Assembly (NCBI GenBank): GCA_013239625.1
Contig: MU053810.1
Span: forward strand, 1,871,518-1,935,517
Source: Lama guanicoe
Lineage: Eukaryota
Length of the DNA stretch: 64,000 bases
Direction: 5' to 3'
The notes beneath the pieces are model-generated. The model saw only the letters and a list, made by a program, of their open reading frames with translations. It did no database searches and was not told the origin of the DNA. Shown piece after piece: positions 10,513-22,700 of this stretch. Each line of letters begins with the position of its first letter. Position 1 is the stretch's first letter. The position numbers and the translations under genes are program-made.

Positions 10513-12014
10513 GCCTGGTGGCGACCCTGGGGATGTTATCAGAGTGGAGGGTGAAGGTTCTCAGCTCTCCCCCTGCAATGCCAGGGCTCTGAGTCTGTGC
10601 TCATCACCCTCCCTAAACCAGCCCCCAGAGACCCTGGCCTCAGATCTCTTCAGAGGCTGCGTGGCACTCCCAGTGAAGGGACTGACCCAGAGCCACAGGA
10701 GATGAGGGCTGGGTTTGCCCTGCCCTCTGGAGCCCTGACTTTCTGAGTAACCTCTGCATGCCAAGCCAGAGCCCACTGTGTGAGTGAGCCCTTAGCTTCA
10801 GTCTGCAATAAAGAACGCATTGGTTTCAAAAAAAAAAATGAGGTATTTATAAAAGGCTGTATAAAAATTAGACACCTTGAATTTTATATCAGTCTACCCA
10901 GAAAAATCCATCTGTAGCATAAAAGTTTAATTGGTACATTTTTAAATGCAAATGCAGCTTTTCTCGGTTACTATGATCTAGCATAAAAGCCAGAGAACAT
11001 TTCAAGAAGTAACTTTAAAACCCTAAGTGCATAACTTCCATATGAATGTAATAAAATTCAAAATTAAATTTTCATCAAGATAAGTAATATATATGAATGT
11101 ATATATGAAGTGTAAATTCTGTAAGTCTTATCTGATTGCCAGTGTCAGAAAACTAAGAAATACATTCCTAGCATGAACTGGGATCTCAACCCACAAGTAC
11201 GTGTTCTCACACATACAGTATTGCTCAGAATTATCCATTAGTTGTGTGAATGAAGATAGAAAATAAATGTGTGCGTGTGCCATCTTTTCTAATAGGACGC
11301 TTGATTCAGTTTATGTAAAGGACTTTCTAAGACTACTTTTAAATTATTGCCGCTAAAGAAATTAAATGTCCACTTAACCCTGGACCCTCCATTTTTAGTT
11401 CTGATCAGACAACTAGACCTTTTGAAATATCACGAGGATTTGCATCTTCCAAAAGAAGTTACTACTGGAAAAGACATGATGCAACAGCTAGTACCTCAGA
11501 TGTTAGTTGTTAAATTCACATCAAAGGCATGGGCTTTGAAACCCTTAGGTTATGTGCTGCAAAAAGATGGCAGAGGGAGCAGACACTAAAGGATCTGGAA
11601 AGCAGGCTTCATGCTGCAGAGCACCGAAGACAGGAAACATCTGGGACTACCAATGCGTTGGAATGTACCTTGTCCATCGATCATGGCTGAAAGAAAATGT
11701 CATGGCAGGTAGTGGTGGTGGAGGGACGTCTCACTTAAGATTTGCTGCGATCTGGTGTGGCAAACGTTATCAATTCCATTTTTATGGGAGCATACAGGAA
11801 TTTGGCGCATTAAGTTCCAAAACTAATCAGTTGCATAACTGGACTTGCCCCCAGGTTATCTGATTTCCATTTCAATCAGAATTCTTTTATCATCTCCACA
11901 CCCTGTTCATTCATGCCTTTACAGTATCACTATTTCTACAGTGGCTCCCTCATCGCTGAGCCATCCTGGTACTGTGCACACAGGAGATGCTCATTAAATG
12001 TTTGCCAATAAAGA

Positions 12015-12715
12015 GTATATACTGAGCCCCGTGTGTTTGGCACAGATCCCATTACTTGACATACAAAGCAGTGAACAAAGCAAAACCCTAATCTCACGGA
12101 ATTCACATTATAGAGAGAGGAGGCATGAAACCTTATGAACAAGTAATTATTTATTAGAGGATGATAAGTGCCTGCAAGAAAAATAAAACTGGACAAAGGG
12201 AGAGAGGGATGGAGAAGTACTACTGTAAATAAACAGAGAAAACTTCTCCAAGACGGCAGCATTGAGCAGAGGTCAGAGTGAAGTGGAGGAGTGAGCCATT
12301 CAGATATCTGGGGGAAGAGCATTGCAGGAATAGGAAACAGCAAGAACAAAGAGCCAGAGGCAGGGCCAGACTTGGTGTGTTGGAGGGAAAGTGAAGAGAC
12401 CTGTGTGGTTGGAACACCAGGAGGGGGCCGAGGGTGACTGGAGATGATGTTGGACAGAAGGCTGGTTGGCAGCTCAGGAGGTACGTGGTAGGAGGTTTTA
12501 CTCTGAGTGAGATGAGAAGTCATTGAGGAGCCTGCTAGCATCTCACTTCAAAAAGATCCCTTTGGTTGTCCTAGAGAACTGTGAAGGGCAGGAATGGTGG
12601 AAGCTGGGATTGGAGCCGGGAGCCTTCGGAAATGGTCTAGAGAAGCAGCTACTTGGGGAAAGAGGAGAGACTGGTGATGGAGGTGTGGAGAAATGGTCCA
12701 ATATTTTAGATGTGG
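12015..12715 (-). mobile_element. L2a fragment
   Basis: GCATTGAGCAGAGG..GAAGTGGAGGAGTGAGCCAT..ATCTGGGGGAAGAGCATTGCAGG..GAAACAGCAAGAACAAAG. Confidence 0.85.
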
Positions 12716-13935
12716 GACTGTTTCTACCTGAGCCAGTGAAAGAGTTTAATGGGTCATTCTGTCTACTTACTAGTTCAGAGCACAGGGATGATTCTTTAGA
12801 GGATGAGCTTATTTATTTATTTATGTATTTATTTCCTGGTGGTCTGTGGGCATAATTAGGCTAGAAGAAGGAATTTCCCGGCACCACAACATCAGAACAG
12901 CCAAGCGAAGGCTCCCTATTAAATAGATGCGAGGTTGGGCTTAGGGGGTTGGCGAGCCAAGCTTATTGAAAACCGACTTGATCTATTGCACGATTTAATT
13001 AAGAACTGGATTCTTACTTGATGGACTCATGGCTTTTCCATAATATCATCACAGAGGCAGGGGGTGGGGAGTCACTAAATCCTTTGACTTTAAAGATGAT
13101 CTGAGACAAAAATGGAGACGCTTCATCTGCGTGAGAACTCTCCGACTATCACGAGCGATTTTATTTCTAATACACAGAATCACTGCCTTTCTTCCCAAGC
13201 AATTATCTAAGTAGATATAAATGTGCTTCGAAACTGTCTCATTTTCCAGGCACCGTTACTGTAACTTTGTTTCTGCCATCCTACAGCCCAGTGTGCAGTT
13301 GTCTTTGTTTCAGGCAGGTTTCCTTTGAAGAAGAAAAGGAGTTTTTCCCTAGGTTTCCATTTCAAGAAAATTAAATTGAATTGGATTTTCAGGTACCATT
13401 AATTGATGTAGAGAGAATAGAAATCTGATGATTTGGCTCAAGGCTTTAAAAAAAAATAGAAAAAGACTTCAGTGGGGAAGCCTCCAGGCCTAAAATGTCA
13501 GTCTTCTTGCTATTTCTGCAACAACATGAACAGTAAAGAAACAAAACAACCTGCCTGATCATTCCCCTGGAGGCTGCGTGTTTTAAACTGCCGTTTCTAT
13601 GTTCCATGTTTCGAAAGTCCCAGAGATAGTTTATTTATAGCAAAAGTACATTTAAGAGACAGAAACACTGAACAATCTGGAAAAATACTTTTAAGTATGT
13701 TTCACTTCCCCCCCAATCTAAATTTTGGTTTCCAGAATCTGTCATGATGACACAATGAAATCTTTATTTGATACCCTCATGCGCCGTGTAGGCTTACTGG
13801 ATAATTAAAAGGCTCTTCATGTGGGCAATGATGTTTTAGGTCAAGGGTGGGTTTTTCCATATTGAAAAAAAAATGAGTGTTGTTAATTTCATTTTTTAAA
13901 AATGTGCATTAAGATGCACACGTGTATCTAGAAAA

Positions 13936-14400
13936 GTTGTTATAAATGGCCCCGTCCTGTCTAAGAAGTCCATTCCCTAATCCAGGAAAACTGTGAACAC
14001 GTTATGTTACAAAAAGGAAATTAAAGTTGTAGATGGACTTAAGTTTGCTAATCAGTTGGCTTCAAAACGGGGAGATTATTTTGGATTATCTGGGTGAGCC
14101 CCATGTAATCACACGTGTCCTTAAAAGTGGAAGAGGAGATGTCGCAATGGAAGGAAGGCACAGATGCAATGTTTGCTTTGAAGGTGGAGCAAGGGGACCC
14201 CAGCAAAGGAATGCAGGTGGCCTCTAAAAGCTGATAACATTCTCCTCTGGATTTCTGTAAAAGAGCATGGCCCCACCAGCCTCATCATTTTAACACAGTG
14301 AGTCAGACTTCTGTTCATATGGACTGTTTGATAACATACTTGTGTGTTTAAGCTGCTAAAGTTGTGGTAGTTCGTTACAGCAGCAACAGGACACTAATAC
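13936..14400 (+). mobile_element. MLT1 (MLT1D-like) LTR
   Basis: GGAAATTAAAGTTGTAGATGG...GGGGAGATTATTTTGGATTATCTGGGTGAGCCC..TAATCAC...ACAGCAGCAACAGGACACTAATACA. Confidence 0.85.
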
Positions 14401-14979
14401 ACCAGCCCCACTGGCCACAGTGCATAAACAGACACCACTGGTGTGTAATTAGGGGAAAATGTCTAAATAAGCTCCTGAGAGAGGCAATAATGAAAAAAAA
14501 AAATTGAGGAATACTGCCCTGGATGTTGGCAAGCAGGCTCTCCTGCTTGTATTTCATAAAATGGGGCTGAATCAATGTTTGGATGGGCCAATTTTACAGC
14601 ATCAGGGTCTGTTGCTTTCTCTGGAGAAGATGAGAAAATTGGCACAAATAGTTATTCCTAAATAGGAAGAACTAAGAGAATATTCTTCAGGGAAAAGATG
14701 AAGGGAAACCAAATAGCTTATGTGTAATAGAAACTTGAAAAGCACTGACGTGGTAGAGTGTCTGTATGTACATTTTTGATGGAAGAAAATATCTGAAGGT
14801 TTACAGTCCAAAATGTTAACGGTGGGTTCTCTGGGTGGTCATGCTCTCTGTTTTGTTGCTGTCTGTTTGTTATGACTTTCCTACAAGAATTATATATTAC
14901 AGGAGGTTTTCACATATGGTGATAGTTGGTACCTAGATGGGGACCAAAATTTCATAATAACTAGTTAAAAAAAATCAGT

Positions 14980-15180
14980 TTGTATAAAATAAGTTACAAG
15001 AATATATTGTACACAGGGAAAATAGCCAGTCTTTTATAATAACTATAAATGGAGGAAATATAGCCAATAATTTATAATACATATAAATGGAGCATAACCT
15101 TTAAAAATGGTGAATCACTATACTGTACAACTGTACCTAATATAATATTGTACATCATCTATATTTCAATTAAAAAAATC
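14980..15180 (+). mobile_element. 5'-truncated L1 3' end with internal ~37-bp tandem duplication
   Basis: ACAGGGAAAATAGCCA...ATAACTATAAATGGA repeated, then GTGAATCACTATACTGTACA..TATATTTCAATTAAAA. Confidence 0.8.
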
Positions 15181-15469
15181 CTGTGAATTGAGTCTTCATC
15201 TTAAAAAGTAGGACAAGAATTATAAAATACATTTATTTCATATCATATATTGTTACAATTAAATTTATGTTGCAAATGAAACTACATTGTTAGAACTGTG
15301 TTCTTCAAGAATATAGAGTCTAGAAAATAAAAGTAGTGTTTTTTGTTTTTGAAATACTAAAAGGTCTACTCTAAATAGAAAAGAAGCAGGAAGCTATAGA
15401 AAAGAGAAAACCGTTACTGGAAATGAGTTGCATGAGAATAAACATGAAGACGTTAAAAAGGACATCAAA

Positions 15470-15662
15470 ATCATAAAAGATAAGCGAGTTTCTTCTGTCT
15501 AGCACAGGGAACTATATTCAATTTCTTGTAGTAACCTATAATGAAAAAGGATATGAAAAGGAATATATGTATGTATATGCATGATTGAAACATGATGCTG
15601 CACATCAGAAATGGACACAATATTGTAAACAGACTGTACTTCAATAACATTAATAAATGAAT
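15470..15662 (+). mobile_element. 5'-truncated cetartiodactyl/camelid-type L1 3' end
   Basis: AGCACAGGGAACTATATTCAA..TTGTAGTAACCTATAATGAAAAAG...TGTAAACAGACTGTACTTCAATAA. Confidence 0.85.
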
Positions 15663-17070
15663 AGAAATATTTGAAGGCTTCATCAGATTAGGTTTTGCCT
15701 AATCCTTATATAACCAAATTCTTCCCTTTTCAAAGAATACTTCTGTAGTCATTCTTGTGCATTTTTTCTCTCTTCCTCAATTTAATTGGTGAATTGTGCC
15801 AGATTCTCATCTGTCAGTGATTTGGCCTGCAGCTGAAAGAGGTCACCAACCTTCCTTTTCATCAGATTCACCACCACTCCTATCTTTTTAAACGAGATTT
15901 TCAATTTCATTTTGCATTGAATAATTAGATGTCTAAGAGTTAGGCATGGAGGGAAATTTGAGTGAGTGCTAATGTTATCATTGTTTAAGCTCATTAGTTA
16001 GTAATATTCTGATGAAATTTGTTTCTCTACGTAACTTCAAGTTGGCAGGAGCTTAGGTGATGAACACTTGGAGAATTAGACCACCCTGTGTGGGAACAAT
16101 GTTTGCGCTATTTTATCACACACACAGACACAGACACTCTCACACCTATTTTCCGCTCCTCAGAGGAAAAGCCCACATTCAAGGCGAGGCCACCTTTGAC
16201 AAAATAAACTTGGGGTGACTAACGAAAATGTTCTCCAGTGTCAACACGGACTCAGCTGTCATTAGGCTGAGTGTTCTTAGAAGGATCGTGTTATGTTGCT
16301 CTTTTCCCTGTGGTCCTTTAAAGAAGCTCTCTTTCCCTGCATTAAACTCACAGAGTCAGTCAGTCACTCCCTCGTGAGAGGTTAAGCGGATGGTGGGGAA
16401 ATCCCGCCAATATTTCCAGTCATGACACCAATGAAAAGACGGTCTTGACTGCCAAGATGATGAAAACAAATGCCTGGTCCGCCTGGTCTGCCTGGTCCAG
16501 AGAGCAACGCTGGTGCAGAGAATCTTCATCTGTGAGGGAGATGAAAAATAGCCCACGAGGTGATGGCTCCCAGCTCTGCAGGCTGCCATGGAGCAGGAGA
16601 GGATGCCCTCCTTCCTACTGAAGAGATGCTGGGCTGTCATGGAGAAGCCCAGCAATGTCATGGCCAAGATGACCTTGAACCTTGACCAATTCTTGAGAGA
16701 TCTGGGGCTTTGGGTGAGTAACTTACCCACCCTGAGTCTATACTCCGTTAGGTGTAAAGCAGGAAGTATGGTTCCTCCTCCCACAGAATGTGGGCATGTA
16801 GTCTGATTTGGTATAATGCATTAAAATTAAAAATTCACTTCCTTTTGACTCTTGCTCTTCCATAATTTTATCATAAAAGTGTGATATGTCGTGTGTGCTT
16901 GTATGTGTTTTAAATGTCTAACAGTTGGGGACTAATTTTTCAAATGTACAACATTCAAATAACAGACATTATGCAACTATTTTTAAAAGGATGTATTGAT
17001 ATAAAATGTCTAAAATAGATAAAATGAAAAAAGCTGGTTATTCAGCAAAACATATAGTGTCAACCCACTA

Positions 17071-17105
<35 letters not shown>
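17071..17105. repeat. (AT)n(AC)n microsatellite within an old L1ME-like 3' fragment
   Basis: Read directly. Confidence 0.9.
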
Positions 17106-18003
17106 TTTTTATATACATTTTCCACACACAAATACACATTTATTTGTGTACAAAAGATCTGAAGGGATGCCCAATATAGCTACAATCTGCCCTGCCCGCT
17201 GCCTCCCAAGTCCCTGTATTTCAAGTGGGTTGGAAATATTAGTTAACTTCAAGCCTGGTACAAGCCAACTATAGTCCAATGATGTAAGAATTCAGGGATT
17301 CTATACAGAAATTCACACATTTACAGATGATGTAATACTTGTATTAAGAAAGTCAGAGTCATAATTCCCAATTCTTAGAGTTCCCCGTAGTCCTGGATAC
17401 CTGGATCAGCCAATTACCCCGCAAATAGTAAAAGCTATAGCCTAAATTTGCCTAAATGAAAATCCAATACACTCAGGAGGAAGTCTCAGGGAAATACATG
17501 TGCAGTGGGAAATGCCCCCAACCATTGAGAAAGCAGAATGGTCGCTTCTCTCCTTCATTTAATTATTAGGGATAAGCTTTACCTATAGGAAGTAAGGACC
17601 AAGTTTATTAATATATTTCAAACTTTTCATTTGACTTCTCAATGGGGAAGAAGAAGTATTGTACCTAAATTCTGGAGTTTATTACCATGCCATTGTTTAT
17701 GGCTTTTGCTACTCCAAGTCTCAGCAGTTGCAATGCATCTGAATATATTCTGAAGGTGTGTTTACTTTGGTGACAGCTTATCTAAGGTTTATTCTTAAAC
17801 TGGCCTCCCTGATAGTGGAAAAACATTGATATTTAAATGATCTCCTTATTTTGATTACAGTTTTGATGGACTGAACATGAACGTGGGAGAGATTGGACTA
17901 GTTTAGCTGTGAAGGGTGATGAAGTATATATTTTCTCATGATTTTAAAAGAGGTTTTTGACTATTTTGGAGGCATTATATATATATATATGTAAACATAT
18001 ATA

Positions 18004-18682
18004 TATGATATCACTTCATACCACAGAGAGTTGGCAAGGATATGGAAAACTTGGACCCTCATACATCGCAGGTGGGACTGTAAATGGTGTAGTCATCTTT
18101 GGAAAACACTTTGGCAGTTTCTTAGACTGCTGCACGTAGACTTACCATACAACCCAGCCATTCCACTCCTAGCTGTTTACCCACGAGAAATGAAAGCTTA
18201 TGTCCACATAAAAGCCTGTACATGAATGTTTATAGCAGCGTTATTTGTAATAGCCAAAAAAAGGAAACAACCTAAATTCCCATCAGTTGGTAAATGGATG
18301 AAACTAACATTATATATGTATCTTCACAGTGGAATCCTGTTGGTTAATAACAAGGAAGGAAATATTGATACAGACTGCGACACGGATGAACCTTGAAACA
18401 TTATGCTAAGTGAAAGAAGCCAGTCATAAAAGACCACATGCTGCATGAACCCATGTATGTGAGATGTCCAGAATAGGTAACTGTGTAGGCAGGAAACAGA
18501 GGCGTGAGGCTGGGGGATAGGGATCCAAATGGGGAGTGACTGCTAATTGGTAAATGTTTCTTTTGTGGGGGGTGATGAAAATGTTCTAACTCAGATTACT
18601 AAAAGCCATTAAATGATAAACATCACATAAATGAATTTTGTGATATGTAAATAATACCTCAATAAAGCTGTTAAAAAAAAAA
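18004..18682 (+). mobile_element. L1MB-type 3' fragment
   Basis: GTTGGCAAGGATATGGAAAACTTGGACCCTCATACA...CCAGCCATTCCACTCCTAG...ATTATGCTAAGTGAAAGAAGCCAGTCA...CTCAATAAAGCTGTTAAAAAA. Confidence 0.9.
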
Positions 18683-19644
18683 TAGGAAGGTTACCAGTGT
18701 GCAGAAAACACCAGCAGGATGTCAAGAATATGATCGTTGGGGAGGTGTTGACTAGGTATGCAACAACCAAGGGGTCTTGTGTGTAAAATCTTACATACAA
18801 AGTCTTTATTTTAACAGGATGTGCATATAGAGGAATATGTCATCTTTAACTGGAGAACGTTTCAGTGCTGAGTTTTCTTTGAAATAGTGTATCTAGGTGA
18901 GAGTGCTGTTGGAACGCTCACCGTGAAAGATTGCCCTTCAGACTTATTTTTCCCTCAGAACAAGTCGAGTTGTTTCCTTCTCCTTTTTTAAAACAACCAT
19001 AAATAAATGGAAAATGTTGACATACTGTATAACACAGTTTTTTTTTTTTCCCCTTTAGAGACTGAAGAGAATGTTTTAGATTTTATTCCTGGTGGAATTC
19101 ACAAACAAGAAACGTAACAAGAAAAACCTGTCCAACCTTACCCACTCTTTTTAATTTTCTCTGAAAGGTGACTAAGATGGACCAACTCTGATTTTTGTTT
19201 TTCAATCTACCCAAGGGCAGTGGTCCTCATGAGCAAGAATAAGGCTTGCAAAGCTAAGAGGAATGAATGAAGTTCAAGGTCACCTCACAAGGGCATGAAA
19301 TGCTCACAAGGTGCCCAATTGACCATATTTAGGAGCCAGATGTCAATGGTGTGAAACAATACATCTCAGCATTCAGCTTTCACTGGCACTGACCCCTTTC
19401 CTAAAAGTTCTGTTAATGAATGATTACAGAACACCGGGGTGTGGGTGGGGAGGAAGGGGAGAGTTGAACCTTTGTTTTAATCACTGTGATGGCAGAAATA
19501 GTGCTTCAGAAACCTTCACAGCAAACTGATCTTTTCAAATCCAAAATAGCATTAATTATTAATCCAATCATCAATTCCAATGGGCAGAGAACACCAGAAG
19601 GCAAAGAACACGTGGACGTTGGTTACCTCCTCCTACTCTTTAAC

Positions 19645-19790
19645 ATCTTTATTGAGGTAAATTTACATAACATAAAATTCATTCATTTTAAGTATATAGG
19701 TATTGAGGTAGAATTTACATATCATAAAATTCATTTGTTTTAAGTATACAATTACGTATGCAAAGTATACAAAGAGTTTTAGTAAATTGA
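19645..19790 (-). mobile_element. L1 3' terminus with ~50-bp tandem duplication
   Basis: TATTGAGGTA(G)AATTTACATA.CATAAAATTCATT...TTTAAGTATA occurs twice in tandem. Confidence 0.7.
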
Positions 19791-22700
19791 TAGAGTTCAA
19801 TTCAATTTTCTCTACAGAGAACATGGTTAGAATTGAAAAGCTGAAAGAAATTCAAGCAAGGATTTGTAGAACGTGCAAAGACCTGTTAATAGTAAGGCAT
19901 ACTGAGTTCAAGAACTTCTTAAACTTTAAAAAATTATCTATGTTAAAAATGTTACCCCCTTTAAGGATATGTTCTTTATTTTTTGTAAAATTGAGGGATA
20001 CTCTTATTGCTATTTCAGGGATTTTACCAGAAATTACGGTAGGTTATTTTGGTACCATCTATCTCTATGTTTGCCTTTAAAAATAAAAATGTATGCTGCG
20101 TGAATTCTTAAAACACTTTAAAAATTGAACTGTTTGAATTCTGCCTTAAAAATAATTGAAACAAAGAATAAACTCTTGAGGGGTATTGAGGGAGTTGGCT
20201 GCTTCTAATAATCATGTCTTCCTTTCAAACAAAAAAGAAAAACAGATTCATAGAGCAACGAAGCAAAATTGTGTGCCAAAATGGTCATTATTCCCATAAA
20301 ATGATAATAAAGGAAACTGTGGTTGAGAAAAGGGAACAAACAGGTTCTGTTTTTCTTGATCTGTATTGACTGGGTGTGGAATGGAATGTGTGTTTCTCCC
20401 CAATTCCCCGGTTACCTGCTTCGTTAAAGGAAAAAGCCTGTTTTTCTGCTCCCACCCTCAGCTACCTCACAGAGCAAAAATGCATTCCACCCAAACAGGG
20501 CAACACCAGGTCGAGACAATAAATGTTCAAGTCGGCTGTAAACACAGCGCATCCAGCCACGGACCCCGCGTGTAACTGATGATGATGGCAAAGTGTCTGA
20601 GCCAACAAGGCAATCGTCAAGGTTTTTTCGTTTCAAGGTTGTCTATGGTGGCCAAAAGAATTACAAAGTTATGCTAATATTCCAAGTGGCTTTAGATAAT
20701 TATTAAAGTAATGAAAGGGAAATTAGTCCTAAACTGCAATGAACCAACCCGACAATGACCAAATTGTCTAGCCAGCCACATAGTGTCATGTTAAACCGTG
20801 GGTAGTCTATGTAGATACGGTTTTATTCATTCATCCATTTACTCAGTTAGCCAACTGATATTTACTAAATTTTTATATGGACTTCGTAGAGTTTACATAG
20901 AGTGAATCCTTTTATTTCGCCCAACATATGATGGCCACAGAATTTCTTCTGGACAACTTTACTTTCTCTTATAGTAGCATATATTTAGTAATTGTAAATT
21001 GCAAGTAAAGAAAATTCACTGAGTTACGCTACAGTTCATAGCCAAATATGTCTATCGATCAGATTTCATCCAAATCAGACACATTTTCTCCACCATGATT
21101 TCCCCCCAAGAGACATATCATTATTTCAGTCCATTTCAAGCAGCCCTCCCTTTTAGAATAGATATACTTTTCCAGCTGTTCACAGACATGAGGTTTATAC
21201 CAGCTGGGAAGAAAGAATTTTTGGTTTCTGTCTAACTTATCTGGATTTGATAAGTGAAATGAAACAAGCAAAAGCTCCTTCAAGGATCCTAAGGAGGAAA
21301 ACCTGAAATGAGATGATGAGATGTGTGGCAGAGACTCTTGCTCAGTCCGTGGACCTTCAGAGCAGAGCTGCTCTCCCCTTGCTCAAAAGCCACCTGGCCA
21401 TTCACCTTGAGGCACAGTTATCTCTATGAGGAAAATGCATAATATTCACCCAGCACCAAAGTATGAGACACATGCCTCTGGGTGACTGATGGCTTCAGTG
21501 TCAGGATCTCTTTTATCAGTGAGAAGAAGCAGTTTGTACTGGAATTGCATGCAGTCAGAAAGGTGAAACCAAGTACATGCCAGTGCTCCACCCAAGGTCG
21601 TGGACTCAGCCCATGTGTAGCTCAAGTTCATCAGTCCTCAACTTACTATTGAAACTACTACGTTCCATCATCTGCATGGAAAGCCTCATACTGAGTTTCT
21701 GGGGAAATGTTGCCTTTTCCAGGTGGTACTCTTTGTAGTTTTACAGAGACTTAAAAAGTCATGTTACAGTATTTTTTATTGGATTTTATAGTATTTTTGT
21801 AACTTTTTCATAGCTGCAGGCCTATGAAAACATTCTGTGGATTTGGATTTCATTGATGAAAACATTGATATCCTTATAACAAACACAGTAACAGGCATGC
21901 TTTATTATACACCATTCTTTGCTTTTACTATAATGCACCTCCACAAAGCGTACCAAATGTACTAATGTTTTTGGAAATCCATTGTTTTTTCTGTTCAACA
22001 TTGCATGGAATATAAACAAAATGCAGTTCCCAGTTAAACAGGCTTCATTAATGAAGGTGACATACTAACATTAAAGTCAAATCTCTGCTCCTCAAGACCC
22101 ACCAAACTGTTCAAACTAGCCCAAAATCAGAATTCTTGTTGTTGTTGTTGTTGAAAAAGATAAGCCCCTAAAACAAAATGAGCCCCTGCTTTGATCCTAG
22201 CATCCTGCGTGCTTTCCTAGGGCCATGTCCTCTGCATGGAAAACATCAGCCCTGTTGTGGCATTTGGGTAATATCCTAGTGAGATGTGTTTCATTTGTCT
22301 GTCACTTTTGGGTTAGGAGCAAAAGATCAGGTTGAAAGCACTTTTCCCATTTCCTATTCACCCTTCCATCCTCTCACCTGCCCCTCCTAATGCTCACTCA
22401 ATCCCAGAAAACAAAAACAAAACCAAAAAGCTTTCCAAGCAGATGCACATTTCTGGAAACCATGCAAAATAGCAACAATTCTGGGTTGAAACTTTCCACA
22501 TATTATCTACTTACTGTCCTCTCCCTCTCCCTTTCAAAAGATGTGCTTCCAAGATGTCTGGTGTGAAACTGTGAAGACTAAGCATTAGAGGTTATATCGC
22601 TTCATTTGTAACCCACCAATGAGAAGCCAGTCTCCGTGAATGTCGCTGCATGCCTGTGACCTCACCACATACTAGAAAAGGAAGCCCGTTCACAAAAGGA

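Larger units (their letters stand above)
9564..10838 (+). pseudogene. LRRC20: Distal 3'UTR segment of the retrocopy (most likely LRRC20) with poly(A) signal and tail
   Basis: GC-rich UTR-like sequence ending AATAAA (10807-10812) and A11 (10828-10838). The terminus CTTCAGTCTGCAATAAAGAACGCATTGGTTTC resembles the LRRC20 mRNA end as I recall it; needs alignment to confirm. Confidence 0.75.
330..11800 (+). pseudogene. Highly decayed unitary-type pseudogene of an unidentified multi-C2-domain / EF-hand protein (probably continues left of the window)
   Basis: Manual + strand translation through stops and frameshifts gives recurring C2-like segments: CKLILNVLYAAKVK (655-696), FSCYMVYWEMKRGSDVQLKTLV* (762-830), FLIIIYDE...GWCNL...YGKLNYCSKFF (~1073-1227), GIKMAVNLDSPCDNFICYLEIK (2773-2838), RIISAVLL...WNSKFLISLF (~3269-3382), FVCYVICNVKNPHSPV*FMTR (4215-4277), PTEIWN...YLSYFWD (4286-4357). 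EF-hand-like segments follow: CFKVICDQ*NGIFSQTNL (5871-5924), NHSGYISKK (6250-6276), EIAFLVDINK (6926-6955) and NEVFIKGCIK (10837-10866). A last C2-like block lies at ~11321-11760. Plausible splice acceptors at AG 2689-90, 5708-09 and 11294-95. Confidence 0.55.

Noticed and set aside
9340..10592. ORFs of 177-189 aa in the distal UTR segment
   Set aside because: They span MER elements and the poly(A) junction, with no recognisable protein similarity.
6931..10858. Short inverted match AGCCTTTT / AAAAGGCT flanking the chimera
   Set aside because: Only about 8-9 bp in AT-rich DNA and not at the exact junctions; no sign of a DNA-transposon mechanism.
11936..12541. 201-aa minus-strand ORF
   Set aside because: Lies within an L2 element.
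16588..16720. Short ORF ending near a GG/GTGAGT donor-like site
   Set aside because: No convincing acceptor or homology; an isolated motif is expected by chance.
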